A stretch of DNA of 64,000 nt from an uncultured Candidatus Actinomarina sp. (GTDB taxonomy: Bacteria; Actinomycetota; Acidimicrobiia; Actinomarinales; Actinomarinaceae). The notes below the pieces were generated by a model, which did no database searches, had not been told where the DNA came from, and saw only the letters and a list, made by a program, of their open reading frames with translations. The stretch's first letter is position 1. Every line of letters starts with the position of its first letter. The position numbers were made by a program, and so were the translations under genes. Below are positions 10,301 through 21,853 of the stretch, one piece after another. The stretch covers positions 41,775 through 105,774 of the forward strand of contig CACHJT010000001.1 in assembly GCA_902580215.1 (NCBI GenBank), read 5' to 3'.

Positions 10301-11344
10301 TTAATTAGGTTTTGGGGATAATTTCAAAACACTTTTGTAGTCTTGAAATCTCTCTAAGCAAATACCAGAACCAATTACAACTGAACTTAATGGATCATCT
10401 GTATTATTAATTGGGATACCTAACTCTTCAGCTATTTTTTTATCCATTTGCTTTAATAGAGATCCTCCACCCGTAAGCCATGCTCCATCCTTATCAATAT
10501 CTGAAACCAAGGCTGGTGGAGTTTGTGAAAGAGATATTCTAATAGCTTCAATAATATCATTTACGACTGGTTGCAAAGCGTTCCTAACATCACTTGCCTC
10601 TAGTAATACTTGCTTAGGTATACCTCTTACAATATCTCTCCCCGTTACTGTTACTTGAGGCTCTTTATCATATTGATAAGCTGAGCCAACTGCATGCTTA
10701 ATATTTTCTGCGATGCCAGTATCTACAAGTATTTGATGTTCTCTCCTTAACCACTCAATTAATATCTCTGTCATATCTTCACCACCAACCCTCACAGAGT
10801 TAGCATTGACTATATCCCCCATTGATATTACTGCTATTTCAGTTGTGCCACCACCTATGTCTACAATCATGTTTCCATAGGGCTCAAAAATATTTAAACC
10901 ACTGCCTATCGCCGCAGCCATAGGCTCTTCTATTGTGAAAACTTCAGATGCACCTGTAGCATGCGCTGCAGTTTCAATAGATCTTTGCTCAACACTTGTA
11001 ACACCATTTGGAACACATATGACAATTCTAGGTCTTGAATAAGCACGCCCTATTGCTCTTGATAGTAAGGTTTTTACAAGTTCCTCTGCCATTTCAATTT
11101 CAGATATCACACCATCTCGCAATGGCCTTACAAGCTCAATAGTATCTGGAACTCTTCCGATTAATTTTTTAGCCTCACGACCAATAGTGATGATCGAGTT
11201 ATCGCTTTTGTTTACAGCAAGAAGTGTAGGCTCATCAACAACAACTCCAACCCCTTTTACATATATGAGAGTGTTGGCAGTACCTAAGTCAATTGCAATA
11301 TCATTGCCACCAAATAATGTTCTTCGTAAATTTAAGTCAACCAT
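10301..11344 (-). CDS. mreB: rod shape-determining protein MreB (actin-like ATPase)
   Basis: 347 aa. IDLGTANTLIYV phosphate-1 motif and DIGGGTTEIAVIS. Confidence 0.9.
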   Translation of the reverse strand: MVDLNLRRTLFGGNDIAIDLGTANTLIYVKGVGVVVDEPTLLAVNKSDNSIITIGREAKKLIGRVPDTIELVRPLRDGVISEIEMAEELVKTLLSRAIGRAYSRPRIVICVPNGVTSVEQRSIETAAHATGASEVFTIEEPMAAAIGSGLNIFEPYGNMIVDIGGGTTEIAVISMGDIVNANSVRVGGEDMTEILIEWLRREHQILVDTGIAENIKHAVGSAYQYDKEPQVTVTGRDIVRGIPKQVLLEASDVRNALQPVVNDIIEAIRISLSQTPPALVSDIDKDGAWLTGGGSLLKQMDKKIAEELGIPINNTDDPLSSVVIGSGICLERFQDYKSVLKLSPKPN

Positions 11345-11388
11345 GTACTAATAGAATAATCTAATAGTTGCTATTTTTAAATATTTAT

Positions 11389-11787
11389 TTACTGTCCAAA
11401 AAATAACGAAAGTTCTCTCTCAGCACTTTCGCCTGAATCTGATCCATGAACAACATTTTTATCTAATTCAGTTGCTAAATCACCCCTAATTGAGCCCGGT
11501 GTTGATTCGCTTGGATTAGTAGCCCCCATAAGGTTTCTGATTTGTAAAACAACATTTTCACCCTCAACCTGCATAGCAACAACTGGACCACTTGTTATGA
11601 AAGATACTAAATCATTAAAAAATGGTTTGTCTTTATGTTCCCCATAATGCTGCTCTGCTAATTCTTTAGAAATAGTCATCATTTTTATTTTTGTGATGGA
11701 AAATCCTTTGGCTTCAACTCTTGAAATAATTTCCCCAACCAAATTTCTTTGTACACCATCAGGTTTTATCATAAAAAACGTTTTCAT
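11389..11787 (-). CDS. ndk: nucleoside diphosphate kinase
   Basis: 132 aa; [18 protein letters not shown]... and the NVVHGSDS active-site His region. Confidence 0.9.
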   Translation of the reverse strand: MKTFFMIKPDGVQRNLVGEIISRVEAKGFSITKIKMMTISKELAEQHYGEHKDKPFFNDLVSFITSGPVVAMQVEGENVVLQIRNLMGATNPSESTPGSIRGDLATELDKNVVHGSDSGESAERELSLFFGQ

Positions 11788-12935
11788 GTAGTTATCCTTT
11801 TTTTATACTCTCCAATTAAATATAAACTACCTAGCAATATAGAAGGATTCTTATTTGATGAAAAAGTACTAAGTTCAACTATTTTAAAATCTATATTTTC
11901 ACTTTCTAGATAATCAATAAATTTATCTGGGTTTTGTTGATTAAAAAAAGTATTTTCCTTAATAAAATTTAACTTGTATTGTTTTTTTGGCTTTAAAAAG
12001 CTGATGATATTTTCTATGTTTTTCCCATTTTTGAAACCTAGATACAAATGAGTATCTCCTAAACTATAAACTTTTTCATAGTCTTCTATAGTTCTAATAA
12101 ACCCATCTATATTGTGTGCACCATCTATGATTTTTAAAGGATTTCGATTAATAATTTCAAACCTTCCTTCTACAAATTCTAGATTAAAATCTAGAGGAAC
12201 TTTTTTTGTATTCGAACCTATTAAAAAGTTTACGATTAATGAAGCGAATAAATAATTTAATTGTTTTGATGTGTAATCCTTTGATTTGCCATCAATAAAA
12301 TCCTTTAATAGGTGTTTTGATTTAAAATGTTTGTAATTATTTTCTATCACTTTAATTAATTCGTCGCTTAATTCACCAACAAATAAATTATCTATACTAT
12401 TCGATACAAATATTTTTTGATCTAAAACTTCAAGATCTGTATTACCCAGTAAATCTTGATGATCTCTTCCAATATTTGTAAGTACAACATTTTTACTTTG
12501 AATGACAGAAGTAGTATCTAAAATTCCGCCTATACCAGCCTCACATATGAAATAATCCATTTCACTATCTAAAAAAGATTTACAAGCAATTAAAAAAAGA
12601 GTTTCAAAATAACCTAAAGTTATATTATTTTTAGTCTCAAAATCATGAACGGATCTCGATATGATATCAAAATTAATATCACTATAAGATTGTATTCTCT
12701 CTTGAAAGTTCACTAGATGAGGAGAGGTAAACATTAAAACTTGTTTTGTTTCTTTGCTAAGCAGTTTATAAATAAATTTTGCGGTTGAAGTTTTTCCATT
12801 GGTTCCAACAATAGCGATAGTTTTATCCATTAAATACTTCAGCTGATCTTCTGTAAAAAATCTATGAAGTGCATCAAGATTTTTATTGTTGGTTAGCCCA
12901 ATTTTAGAATTTAAATATTCTTCTAATTCCTTCAA
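11784..12935 (-). CDS. folC: folylpolyglutamate synthase / dihydrofolate synthase
   Basis: 383 aa; Mur-ligase P-loop [12 protein letters not shown]. Conserved valS-folC pairing. Confidence 0.8.
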   Translation of the reverse strand: MKELEEYLNSKIGLTNNKNLDALHRFFTEDQLKYLMDKTIAIVGTNGKTSTAKFIYKLLSKETKQVLMFTSPHLVNFQERIQSYSDINFDIISRSVHDFETKNNITLGYFETLFLIACKSFLDSEMDYFICEAGIGGILDTTSVIQSKNVVLTNIGRDHQDLLGNTDLEVLDQKIFVSNSIDNLFVGELSDELIKVIENNYKHFKSKHLLKDFIDGKSKDYTSKQLNYLFASLIVNFLIGSNTKKVPLDFNLEFVEGRFEIINRNPLKIIDGAHNIDGFIRTIEDYEKVYSLGDTHLYLGFKNGKNIENIISFLKPKKQYKLNFIKENTFFNQQNPDKFIDYLESENIDFKIVELSTFSSNKNPSILLGSLYLIGEYKKRITT

Positions 12936-15523
12936 TTATCGAGAGATTTTAATGTTGAATTTATTGATTCGATCTGATTATTTAGATTTTGTACATTTTG
13001 TTTTTCTTGATCAATTAATTCTTGTTTAGCATTTTTAACAAATTTGTCATTATTAAGTCTCTGATTAGATATTTCTAATGATTTACTCAATTCTTCTCTT
13101 TTTTTATTTAATCTCTTTATTTCATTTTCAACATCAATATATTTATTGGCCAATATACTAAATTCAAATTCGTTTGATTGGAAAGAAAGAACAACTCCCG
13201 CTTTTACCTTATTTTCACCAGTAGAAATAGTAACATTTGCAGTTTTCTCTAACTGATTGATAAACCAATCTGGATAAGAGCTAGCTGGGTACAAATCAAT
13301 ACTTAAAGAATTTTTTAAATTGTAAGTTGATTTAAAGTTTCTGATTTTAGAAATTATTTCTCTCAAATCTTCTATTTCATAAATATCAACCGATTGTTGC
13401 TGATATTTGGTTGGCCATGAATTATCAATTATGTAATTTTCATTAAAAGAAGACCATATTTCTTCAGTTATATGTGGCATTGCAGGGTTTAGTAATTTCA
13501 ATGACTCTAAAAATATTGACTTTAAAACAGTTTGAGTTTCAATTTTTTTATCTTCGTCAGAGAACAAGTTCTTTGAAAATTCAAAATACCAGTCAAATAA
13601 CTCTGACCACAAAAAATTATAAAGTAATTTATAGGCATCTGAAATTTTATATTTTTCAAAAAGTTCATTAAATTCCTCTAAGGTTTCATTAAACCTTGAT
13701 ATGATCCATTTATTTTCAATTAAAGATACTTTGCTAATCTCAGATGGTATAGATTCATCAGTATACAAATGTACGAATTTTGCAGCATTCCATATCTTGT
13801 TGCCAAATTTTTTTGCAGATACTGTCCACTCTTCATCAAAGGGCACATCTTGTCCTGGATTAGCTTTTTCAATAAGTGAAAATCTCAAAGCGTCCGCTCC
13901 ATGTTTTTCTGATAATTCTAAGGGGTCCATTGTGTTTCCAAGGCTTTTTGACATTTTTCTTCCTTGTGAATCTCTAACTAAACCGTGGATAAGAATATCT
14001 TTAAATGGAATATTTTCCATTGTGTATAAACCCATCATAATCATTCGTGCAACCCAGAAAAAAATAATATCAAAACCAGTAACAAGTAAGGTAGTAGGAT
14101 AATAACTTTTTAGATCTTCTGTTTCTTCTGGCCATCCTAAAGTGCTAAATGGCCAAAGTGCTGAAGAAAACCAAGTGTCTAAGACATCCTCATCCTGAGC
14201 TAATTGAACATCATCTTTAAGACCATATTTCTCTCTTACATTGGCCTCACTAGTACCAACATAATGATTTTTTTCATCATCGTACCAAGCTGGAATCCTA
14301 TGGCCCCACCATTGCTGTCTAGATATACACCAATCCTGAATATTGTACATCCACTCAAAATAAGTTTTTTCCCAATTTTTTGGTATAAATCTAATTTCAT
14401 CATCCTCAACAACTTGTATTGCTTTTTTGGCAACCTCATCAGTTTTTACAAACCATTGTTCAGAAACCATTGGTTCAAGTATTGTTTTAGACCTATCCCC
14501 TTTTGGAATTTGAATTTGATGATCTTCTACTCTTTTAAGTAAATTTTGATTTTTAAGCATGTCTATAATTTTTTCTCGAGCTTCAAACCGATCAAGCCCT
14601 CTTAATTCTTGTGGTATAAATTCATGATTTTCAATTTTTCCATCAAAATCTAAACATCTTATCATTTCTAGATTGTGCCTTTTACCAATTTCATAATCGT
14701 TGAAGTCATGGGCAGGAGTAATCTTTACACACCCAGAGCCAAATTCAACATCAACATATTCATCAGCAATAATTTCTACTTCTCTATTTACTACTGGGAT
14801 AATTGCTGTTTTTCCTATCAAATCTTTATATCTATCGTCTGAAGGATTTACAGCAACAGCTGTGTCGCCTAGTAAAGTTTCTGGTCTTGTAGTTGCAATT
14901 TCTATAAATGAATCTCCAACCTTATAATTGATAGTCCACAACTTTCCTAGTTCATTTGAAGACGTAACTTCCAAATCAGAAACTGCTGACTTTAATTTTG
15001 TATCCCAATTAACCATTCGAGTACCTTTGTAAATTAAATCATTTTCATATAGTGAAACAAATACGTTTATTACTGCCTGTGAAAGTCCTTCATCCATTGT
15101 GAATCTTTCTCTTGACCAATCACAACTCATGCCTAAAGTTTTCATTTGATTAGTAATATTGTCACCTGATTTTTCTTTCCATTCCCAAACTTTTGCTAGA
15201 AAATTTTCTCTTCCTAGGTCATGCTTAGAAATCCCATTCTCTTCTAATTCTTTTTCAACAAGAAGTTGTGTAATAATTCCAGCGTGGTCAGTTCCTGGAA
15301 GCCAGAGAGTTTGAAAGCCTTGTAGTCTTTTTATTCTTGTTATGACATCAATAATCGAATGTTCTAAAGCATGACCCATATGAAGTGAACCAGTTACATT
15401 TGGAGGAGGAATTACTATAGAAAAATTTTCGTCAGAATCTGTTGGTTGGAATTTATTCCCTTGTTCCCAGTTTTTTTGCCATTTCTTTTCTATTGATAAT
15501 GGATCGTATTTTTCATTCTGCAT
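12932..15523 (-). CDS. valS: valyl-tRNA synthetase
   Basis: 863 aa; HIGH-type motif (SLHMGHALEH), KMSKS motif, C-terminal coiled coil. Confidence 0.92.
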   Translation of the reverse strand: MQNEKYDPLSIEKKWQKNWEQGNKFQPTDSDENFSIVIPPPNVTGSLHMGHALEHSIIDVITRIKRLQGFQTLWLPGTDHAGIITQLLVEKELEENGISKHDLGRENFLAKVWEWKEKSGDNITNQMKTLGMSCDWSRERFTMDEGLSQAVINVFVSLYENDLIYKGTRMVNWDTKLKSAVSDLEVTSSNELGKLWTINYKVGDSFIEIATTRPETLLGDTAVAVNPSDDRYKDLIGKTAIIPVVNREVEIIADEYVDVEFGSGCVKITPAHDFNDYEIGKRHNLEMIRCLDFDGKIENHEFIPQELRGLDRFEAREKIIDMLKNQNLLKRVEDHQIQIPKGDRSKTILEPMVSEQWFVKTDEVAKKAIQVVEDDEIRFIPKNWEKTYFEWMYNIQDWCISRQQWWGHRIPAWYDDEKNHYVGTSEANVREKYGLKDDVQLAQDEDVLDTWFSSALWPFSTLGWPEETEDLKSYYPTTLLVTGFDIIFFWVARMIMMGLYTMENIPFKDILIHGLVRDSQGRKMSKSLGNTMDPLELSEKHGADALRFSLIEKANPGQDVPFDEEWTVSAKKFGNKIWNAAKFVHLYTDESIPSEISKVSLIENKWIISRFNETLEEFNELFEKYKISDAYKLLYNFLWSELFDWYFEFSKNLFSDEDKKIETQTVLKSIFLESLKLLNPAMPHITEEIWSSFNENYIIDNSWPTKYQQQSVDIYEIEDLREIISKIRNFKSTYNLKNSLSIDLYPASSYPDWFINQLEKTANVTISTGENKVKAGVVLSFQSNEFEFSILANKYIDVENEIKRLNKKREELSKSLEISNQRLNNDKFVKNAKQELIDQEKQNVQNLNNQIESINSTLKSLDN

Positions 15524-15533
15524 ATATTATATT

Positions 15534-16790
15534 TTATGCAGTTTTGTCGTCTTTTGACTCTTTCAAAACCATTTTTGGTGCAATATCTTCTAAAACATTT
15601 TCTTTATCAATAATTATTTTAGAAATATCTTTTCTTGATGGTGATTCATACATTTCATCTAACAATATTTTCTCTAATATTGAACGTAAACCTCTTGCAC
15701 CAGTTTTCCTTTCCAGCGCTAAATCAGCCATAGCCTCAAGTGATGCATCAGTAAACACAAGATCAATATCGTCTAATTCAAACATTTTCTTAAATTGTTT
15801 TGTAATAGCATTTTTTGGCTTAGTTAGAATTTCTATCAAGGCATCCTTGCTTAATTCATTTACATTAGTAGTAACTGGTAGTCTTCCAATAAATTCAGGA
15901 ATCAAGCCAAACTTAATTAAATCTCTTGGTTCAACAAATGCAAAAAGTTCTTCTTTATTAAATTCTTTACTCTCTGAGAGGCTAGTGTTAAAGCCAATTG
16001 TATTTTCTCCAAGCCTCTTACTAATAATTTGATCAAGTCCGTCAAAGGCTCCTCCAACAATAAATAAAATATTTGTAGTATCTATTTGCAAATACTCTTG
16101 TTGTGGATGTTTTCTACCACCTTGTGGTGGCACTTGAGCAGTGGTGCCTTCAAGAATCTTAAGTAATGCCTGTTGAACACCTTCTCCAGAAACATCTCTT
16201 GTTATTGATGGGTTATCAGATTTTCTTGTAATTTTATCTATTTCATCAATGTAGATAATTCCCTTTTCAGCTCTTGGAATTTCATAATCAGCTGATTGGA
16301 TTAATGTAAGCAAAATATTTTCAACATCTTCGCCTACATAACCAGCTTCCGTAAGAGTAGTTGCATCTGCTATTGCAAAAGGAACATTTAGTGTTTTTGC
16401 TAAAGTTTGTGCTAACAGTGTTTTACCACTACCAGTTGGTCCTAAAAGTAAAACATTTGATTTTTGAATTTCAAGTTCATTATCTACTAAATCACCTTTA
16501 TAAATTCTTTTATAGTGATTATAAACTGCAACAGACAAAGTCTTCTTTGCATCTTCTTGGCCAATGATGTACTCGTTTAGTGATTGGTTAATCTCTTTTG
16601 GTAAAGGTAGATACTCTTCTGAGCTTGTTTCTAGCTTTTCGACTTTTTCTTCTTCGATTATTTCAACACAAAGCTCAATACACTCGTCACAAATGTAAAC
16701 ACCTGGGCCTGCGATTAGTTTTATTACTTGTTTTTGAGACTTACCACAAAAACTGCACTTTAGTGCTTGAGATGAATCTTTATTTGCCAT
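15534..16790 (-). CDS. clpX: ATP-dependent Clp protease ATP-binding subunit ClpX
   Basis: 418 aa. N-terminal C4 zinc finger (CSFCGK...CDEC), Walker A GPTGSGKT, Walker [10 protein letters not shown]. Confidence 0.93.
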   Translation of the reverse strand: MANKDSSQALKCSFCGKSQKQVIKLIAGPGVYICDECIELCVEIIEEEKVEKLETSSEEYLPLPKEINQSLNEYIIGQEDAKKTLSVAVYNHYKRIYKGDLVDNELEIQKSNVLLLGPTGSGKTLLAQTLAKTLNVPFAIADATTLTEAGYVGEDVENILLTLIQSADYEIPRAEKGIIYIDEIDKITRKSDNPSITRDVSGEGVQQALLKILEGTTAQVPPQGGRKHPQQEYLQIDTTNILFIVGGAFDGLDQIISKRLGENTIGFNTSLSESKEFNKEELFAFVEPRDLIKFGLIPEFIGRLPVTTNVNELSKDALIEILTKPKNAITKQFKKMFELDDIDLVFTDASLEAMADLALERKTGARGLRSILEKILLDEMYESPSRKDISKIIIDKENVLEDIAPKMVLKESKDDKTA

Positions 16791-16816
16791 TTTTAACTAC
16801 CCTGTTGTTTTTTTAG

Positions 16817-17434
16817 CTATTTTTTGTCTGCTAACTCCCTTTGAATTAGCACTTCATCTACTATACCGTATTCTTTTGCTTCTTGCGCGGTCATCCAAAA
16901 ATCTCTATCTGTGTCTTCCGCAACTTTTTCAACGTTTTGACCAGTAAAATCAGCCAATAAACCGTTTAATTGGGTTCTCATTGATACAATAAGATCAAAA
17001 TTTCTCTCCATATCAGCTACAGTGCCCTCCATACCACCAGATGGTTGATGGAGCATGATTCTTGCATTTGGTAGGCTGTATCTTTTTCCAGGAGTACCAC
17101 CAGCTAAAATGACAGAAGCTGCAGATGCTGCTAGCCCCATACATACTGTTGAAATATCTGGCTTTATGTACTTCATTGTGTCATAAATTGTAAATAATGA
17201 AGTGATTGATCCTCCTGGTGAGTTGATATACATAAAGATATCTTTATCTGGGTCTTCTGATTCTAAATGTAATAGCTGAGCCATTATGGAGTTTGCTACA
17301 CCATCATCAATTGGTGTTCCCAAAAATATAATTCTGTCTTTTAAAAGCCTTGAGTATATATCAAAGGCTCTCTCGCCCCTGTTAGTATTTTCTATAACAG
17401 TAGGGATTACATAATTTGAAGGTAATTCTTTCAT
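16817..17434 (-). CDS. clpP: ATP-dependent Clp protease proteolytic subunit
   Basis: 205 aa with the Ser-His-Asp triad context ([13 protein letters not shown]). Confidence 0.92.
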   Translation of the reverse strand: MKELPSNYVIPTVIENTNRGERAFDIYSRLLKDRIIFLGTPIDDGVANSIMAQLLHLESEDPDKDIFMYINSPGGSITSLFTIYDTMKYIKPDISTVCMGLAASAASVILAGGTPGKRYSLPNARIMLHQPSGGMEGTVADMERNFDLIVSMRTQLNGLLADFTGQNVEKVAEDTDRDFWMTAQEAKEYGIVDEVLIQRELADKK

Positions 17435-17435
17435 A

Positions 17436-18755
17436 TTATTCTTCCTCTCTTACTTCTTCTTCTTGATTGTAGACGTCTTGTAGGTATACTTTTTCACCAT
17501 CCTTGTCAACAGACACTCCTTGTTGCAAAATATGCAGCATAGCCTTATTTCTTAGGGATTCGGCTTCTAAATTTAACCTATGACTTGCGTCCTCTACTTC
17601 TTTTCCTTCTTCATCGTGTGTTGACATGTGATCATCAATATATTTAATTTCTTTATCATCCAGTTTAATCTCTTGATCTTCGACAACTTTATCTAAAATA
17701 ACAACCATAGAGAGATTTCTAGTAGCTTGATTTTTTAAGTCTTCTTGAAGAGTTTCTTCAGTTAATCCAGTTATTTGCAAGTAATCTTCAATTTTTATAT
17801 TATTTTGGTTCAATTCAGCCATGAAGTTTTGTAATATGCTATCCATTTCAGCAATTACTAACTGTTCAGGAAGTTCTAGCTTTGATTCTTCTATCAATTT
17901 ACTTGTTAATAAACCTTGGTACTGATTAGCAATTTGTCTTTTTTTAACCATCTCAATATTTTTAAATAACTCATCGTTCATTTCTGCAATATTATCAAAT
18001 TCAGTCATTGAAGAAACCCATTCGTCGGTTAATTCTGGCATAACCTTTTCTTTAATTTCTTTTACTAAAACAGTAATTTCGACATTACTTTTACCAACAG
18101 ATGGTATGTCATCATTAAATTTTATTATTGCTCCTGTAGATACACCTTCTAATTTTGAATCCATTGAGGGTGTTAGTGAGTTGCTTCCGAGTTCGTACAA
18201 ATAATCTTGATAGGAAAATTCTTCTAACTCTTTACCATTTTCAATTGCACTGATATTTACTAATAAATAATCAGATGTTTTTGAAGGCCTTTCAACTTTA
18301 GTCACATCAGCAAACTGTAGCTTTATTCTGTCAATTTGATCTGCAATCTCTTCCTCAGTAGGGGTAATGGATTCTACTTCTACAGTTTGATTTAGCTTTG
18401 GAAGTTTAGATATTTTTGGCCATAGTGTGATTAAAACATCAACCTTATAGGATTTCTTTTCTTTTTTTAAATCTTTTACCACGGGCCTAACAGCTGGACT
18501 TAATTCTTCTTTTTGCAATATTTCAAAAATTTGCTCAGGCAAATATAAATCAATTGATTCCTCAAGAATATAATCTTCACCCACTTCTCTAATGACAATA
18601 TTTTTTGGAATTTTTCCTGGTCTAAAACCTTTAACTTTTAGTGATTTGCTAATTTTAGAAATTGCTTCATCTTTTTTAGATTCAAGGTCTTCAAAATCAA
18701 TATCAATTTCAATATTGCTTTCAAAATCGCCAACTTTTTTTACTTTATATTTCAT
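17436..18755 (-). CDS. tig: trigger factor
   Basis: 439 aa, highly acidic C-terminus. FKBP-like central region. Conserved tig-clpP-clpX order. Confidence 0.85.
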   Translation of the reverse strand: MKYKVKKVGDFESNIEIDIDFEDLESKKDEAISKISKSLKVKGFRPGKIPKNIVIREVGEDYILEESIDLYLPEQIFEILQKEELSPAVRPVVKDLKKEKKSYKVDVLITLWPKISKLPKLNQTVEVESITPTEEEIADQIDRIKLQFADVTKVERPSKTSDYLLVNISAIENGKELEEFSYQDYLYELGSNSLTPSMDSKLEGVSTGAIIKFNDDIPSVGKSNVEITVLVKEIKEKVMPELTDEWVSSMTEFDNIAEMNDELFKNIEMVKKRQIANQYQGLLTSKLIEESKLELPEQLVIAEMDSILQNFMAELNQNNIKIEDYLQITGLTEETLQEDLKNQATRNLSMVVILDKVVEDQEIKLDDKEIKYIDDHMSTHDEEGKEVEDASHRLNLEAESLRNKAMLHILQQGVSVDKDGEKVYLQDVYNQEEEVREEE

Positions 18756-18776
18756 TTATCTCCTAATAAATATAAG

Positions 18777-18852
18777 GGTGACCGACGGGATTCGAACCCG
18801 CGACCTCCTGGACCACAACCAGGCGCTCTAACCGAACTGAGCTACGATCACC
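18777..18852 (-). tRNA. tRNA-His (GTG)
   Basis: Manual fold: acceptor GTGATCG/CGGTCAC with an extra 5' G(-1) opposite C73; anticodon stem CCTGG/CCAGG with loop TTGTGGT. No CCA encoded. Confidence 0.8.
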
Positions 18853-18856
18853 ACAG

Positions 18857-18930
18857 CGCTCTCGATAGGACTCGAACCTATAACCTACAGATTAGAAGTC
18901 TGTTGCTCTATCCATTTGAGCTACGAGAGC
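18857..18930 (-). tRNA. tRNA-Arg (TCT)
   Basis: Manual fold: acceptor GCTCTCG/CGAGAGC; D-stem GCTC/GAGC; anticodon stem ACAGA/TCTGT with loop CTTCTAA; T-arm GGTTCGAGTCC. Confidence 0.8.
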
Positions 18931-18938
18931 TCTTCGTG

Positions 18939-19009
18939 AGCGGGTGAAGGGAATCGAACCCTCATAGCCAGCTTGGAAGGCTGGAGCTTTGCCATTAAGC
19001 TACACCCGC
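18939..19009 (-). tRNA. tRNA-Gly (TCC)
   Basis: Manual fold: acceptor GCGGGTG/CACCCGC; anticodon stem CCAGC/GCTGG with loop CTTCCAA; discriminator U. Confidence 0.8.
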
Positions 19010-19016
19010 AGGTAAG

Positions 19017-19091
19017 TCGGGCTGGTGAGATTCGAACTCACGACCTCCTGCTCCCAAAGCAGGCGCTCTAGCCAAGCTGAGCCACAGCCCG
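19017..19091 (-). tRNA. tRNA-Pro (TGG)
   Basis: Manual fold: C1-G72 acceptor CGGGCTG/CAGCCCG; anticodon stem CCTGC/GCAGG with loop TTTGGGA; T-arm GTTCGAATC. Confidence 0.8.
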
Positions 19092-19186
19092 CAACTTAAT
19101 CATTTTTCTATCTTAACTGTTTTATAAAAAGAATAAATAGAAAAAATTTATACTTAACTATCATAATCTAAGTTAATCTTTAAAAG

Positions 19187-19260
19187 GGGTCGCTAGCTCA
19201 ATTTGGCAGAGCAACGGACTCTTAATCCGCAGGTTCGGGGTTCAAGTCCCCGGCGACCCA
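19187..19260 (+). tRNA. tRNA-Lys (CTT)
   Basis: Manual fold: acceptor GGGTCGC/GCGACCC; D-stem GCTC/GAGC; anticodon loop CTCTTAA; T-arm GGTTCAAGTCC; discriminator A. Confidence 0.8.
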
Positions 19261-19272
19261 CGCGACATTTTA

Positions 19273-19355
19273 GCGGATGTGGCGGAACTGGTAGACGCGC
19301 TAGATTTAGGATCTAGTGAGCTTTGCTCGTGGAGGTTCGAGTCCTCTCATCCGCA
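19273..19355 (+). tRNA. tRNA-Leu (TAG), long variable arm
   Basis: Manual fold: acceptor GCGGATG/CATCCGC; anticodon stem CTAGA/TCTAG with loop TTTAGGA; long variable arm GAGCTTTGCTCGT; discriminator A. Confidence 0.8.
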
Positions 19356-19369
19356 CAAATTATAATTAT

Positions 19370-19864
19370 TTATTTTGATGGAAATTCTACAATAAGCTCT
19401 GTTGAATTTGCAGTTGCATAAATTTTTCCATCTTTATCACTTAATGTGCCAGTAACAAAAATTACTCTTCTTCCTATTTTTTCAATCTTTGCTGATGCTG
19501 TAACTTCACCAGTGGATACTGTCATAGGCCTGAAATAATTAACTCTTATATCTGTTGTCATTGTCAAAAACCCTTTATCAAGCTGACAGTTAGCTGAAAT
19601 ACTATTACAAGAATCTAACATTGTGGCTGCTAAGCCCCCATGAACAGTTCCAAGGGGATTGTAATGAAACTCTTGTGGTGTAAGTGTAAAGGTTACCTGA
19701 CCTTTATCGTCTACTTCCATCTGTGAAGTATCCATTAGAGCACCCATTGGGATGTTTTCAACTGGCAAGTTTATAAAGAAGTCTCTTCTACCATCTTTAT
19801 CTAAATTTACTAATTCCAAGACTAAGCCTGGAACTAAATCCCATTTAACTATTCTTTCATTCAT
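19370..19864 (-). CDS. hotdog-fold thioesterase (PaaI/4HBT-like)
   Basis: HGG motif (LGTVHGGLAATMLDS). The ORF-track N-terminus (19912) overlaps the acs stop; likely true start is MNERIVKWDL at about 19864. Confidence 0.7.
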   Translation of the reverse strand: MNERIVKWDLVPGLVLELVNLDKDGRRDFFINLPVENIPMGALMDTSQMEVDDKGQVTFTLTPQEFHYNPLGTVHGGLAATMLDSCNSISANCQLDKGFLTMTTDIRVNYFRPMTVSTGEVTASAKIEKIGRRVIFVTGTLSDKDGKIYATANSTELIVEFPSK

Positions 19865-21803
19865 CGTCAGATTCCGATGCTCTTGTTTGTAATTCAGATA
19901 CAATATCTGCATTTGCTAATGTTGTTACATCACCCAGCTTTCTTTCTTCTGAAATATCTTTTAAAAGTCTGCGCATGATTTTTCCACTTCTAGTTTTGGG
20001 TAAATCAGCTGTTATAACAATACTTTTTGGTTTAGCAATTGGACCAATTTTATCACTTACGTGCTGTCTAAGATCAGCAATTAGATCTTCATTGCCTTCA
20101 TCAGTTCCAATTAATGAAACAAATGCAGCAATAGCTTCTCCAGTTATTTCATCACTCCTACCAATTACTGCAGCTTCTGCTACTGCTTGATGGGAAACTA
20201 AAGCACTTTCAACTTCAGCTGTTGATATTCTATGTCCAGATATATTCATTACATCATCTACACGTCCTAACAGCCATATATAACCTTCGTCATCATATTT
20301 AGCTCCATCACCAGCAAAATATAAACCATTATGTTGTGACCAATAAGTGTCTAAATACCTCTGATCATCTCCATAAACAGTTCTTAACATTGATGGCCAA
20401 GGAGATTTTACAGCTAAAAAGCCTCCTTCACCTTTGCCTACTTCATTTCCATCATTGTCAATAACAATTGATTCGATACCTGGTAGTGGTCCGCAAGCAG
20501 ATCCAGGTTTAGTGCTTGTCACACCTGGTAGTGGGGAAATCATTATTGAGCCAGTTTCTGTTTGCCACCATGTGTCAACAATTGCACAATTCTCACCACC
20601 GATATTCTCGTGATACCACATCCATGCTTCAGGATTTATTGGCTCTCCTACAGTACCTAATATTCTTAGTGAACTTAAATCATGAGCTTGAGGGTGCTCT
20701 ACACCCCATTTCATAAATGCCCTTATTGCAGTTGGAGCTGTATAAAAAATGTTGACTTTATACTTTTCAATAATGCTCCAAAGTCTTTTCTCATCTGGTG
20801 CATTTGGTGCCCCTTCGTACATAACACTTGTTGCTTTATTAGCTAATGGCCCATAAACAATATAACTATGACCAGTAACCCAACCACAATCTGCTGCACA
20901 CCAGTAAATATCATCTTCTTTTACATCAAAAACTTCGTGATGAGTTGTTGTCACCCCTGTTAGATACCCTCCTTGTGTATGGACAATACCTTTTGGTTTA
21001 GCAGTTGTTCCAGATGTATAAAGAATGTACAGCATATCCTCGGAGTTCATTACTTCAGGTTCGCAATCAGAAGACTCTTTGTCAGTTATATCGTGATACC
21101 AATGATCTCGACCATCAGTCATATTAATTTCCTGCTCAGTTCGTTTAACAACAATTACATTTTCTACATATTCAGTAAGTTCCAATGAGCCGTCAACATT
21201 ATTTTTTAGAGGAACAATATCTCCCCTTCTCCATGCACCATCAGCAGTAATAACTGTTTTTGCTTTTGCGTCATTGATTCTGTCTGCAAGAGCTTCAGAT
21301 GAAAATCCACCAAAGACAACTGAGTGCACGGCCCCAATCCGTGCACATGCCAACATAGAAACTACTATTTCTGGAGTCATGCCCAAATAAATTGCTACTC
21401 TATCACCTTTTTCTACACCAAGTTTTTTTAATGCATTTGAAAGTTTGCAAACTCGCTCATATAAATCTTGATATGTAATTTCTTGCGTATCTCCTGGTTC
21501 TCCTTCCCAATAAAACGCAACTCTATCCCCATCAGATTCAAGGTGTCTGTCTAAGCAATTATATGATAAGTTCAACTCGCCATCTTTAAACCACTTAAAA
21601 AAAGGAGGGTTTGAATCATCTAGTATCTCTGTTGGCTCTTTGAACCAAGAGATTCTTGTTAAAGCCTGTTTTTGCCAAAATTTTAATCTATCTTCACCTG
21701 CTTCGTCATACCAAGAAGATGGAGCATTTGCGTTTTTGATTAGATTTTCAGAAGGTGGAAACTTTCTATCTTCTTTAAGTAGGTTTTCAATTTTTTCATT
21801 CAT
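19857..21803 (-). CDS. acs: acetyl-CoA synthetase (AMP-forming)
   Basis: 648 aa. AMP-binding motifs YTSGTTAKPKG and YFAGDGA. Length and C-terminal PKTRSGKIMRR lysine motif are typical of Acs. Confidence 0.9.
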   Translation of the reverse strand: MNEKIENLLKEDRKFPPSENLIKNANAPSSWYDEAGEDRLKFWQKQALTRISWFKEPTEILDDSNPPFFKWFKDGELNLSYNCLDRHLESDGDRVAFYWEGEPGDTQEITYQDLYERVCKLSNALKKLGVEKGDRVAIYLGMTPEIVVSMLACARIGAVHSVVFGGFSSEALADRINDAKAKTVITADGAWRRGDIVPLKNNVDGSLELTEYVENVIVVKRTEQEINMTDGRDHWYHDITDKESSDCEPEVMNSEDMLYILYTSGTTAKPKGIVHTQGGYLTGVTTTHHEVFDVKEDDIYWCAADCGWVTGHSYIVYGPLANKATSVMYEGAPNAPDEKRLWSIIEKYKVNIFYTAPTAIRAFMKWGVEHPQAHDLSSLRILGTVGEPINPEAWMWYHENIGGENCAIVDTWWQTETGSIMISPLPGVTSTKPGSACGPLPGIESIVIDNDGNEVGKGEGGFLAVKSPWPSMLRTVYGDDQRYLDTYWSQHNGLYFAGDGAKYDDEGYIWLLGRVDDVMNISGHRISTAEVESALVSHQAVAEAAVIGRSDEITGEAIAAFVSLIGTDEGNEDLIADLRQHVSDKIGPIAKPKSIVITADLPKTRSGKIMRRLLKDISEERKLGDVTTLANADIVSELQTRASESDDE

Positions 21804-21853
21804 AAATTCTCCCCTAAGAAATAGTATATATATCCGTAAATAGAAAAATCTAC

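Noticed and set aside
19093-19186. Possible additional tRNA or ncRNA between the tRNA-Pro and tRNA-Lys genes
   Set aside because: The sequence is almost pure A/T with no stem potential. It is interpreted as the divergent promoter region.
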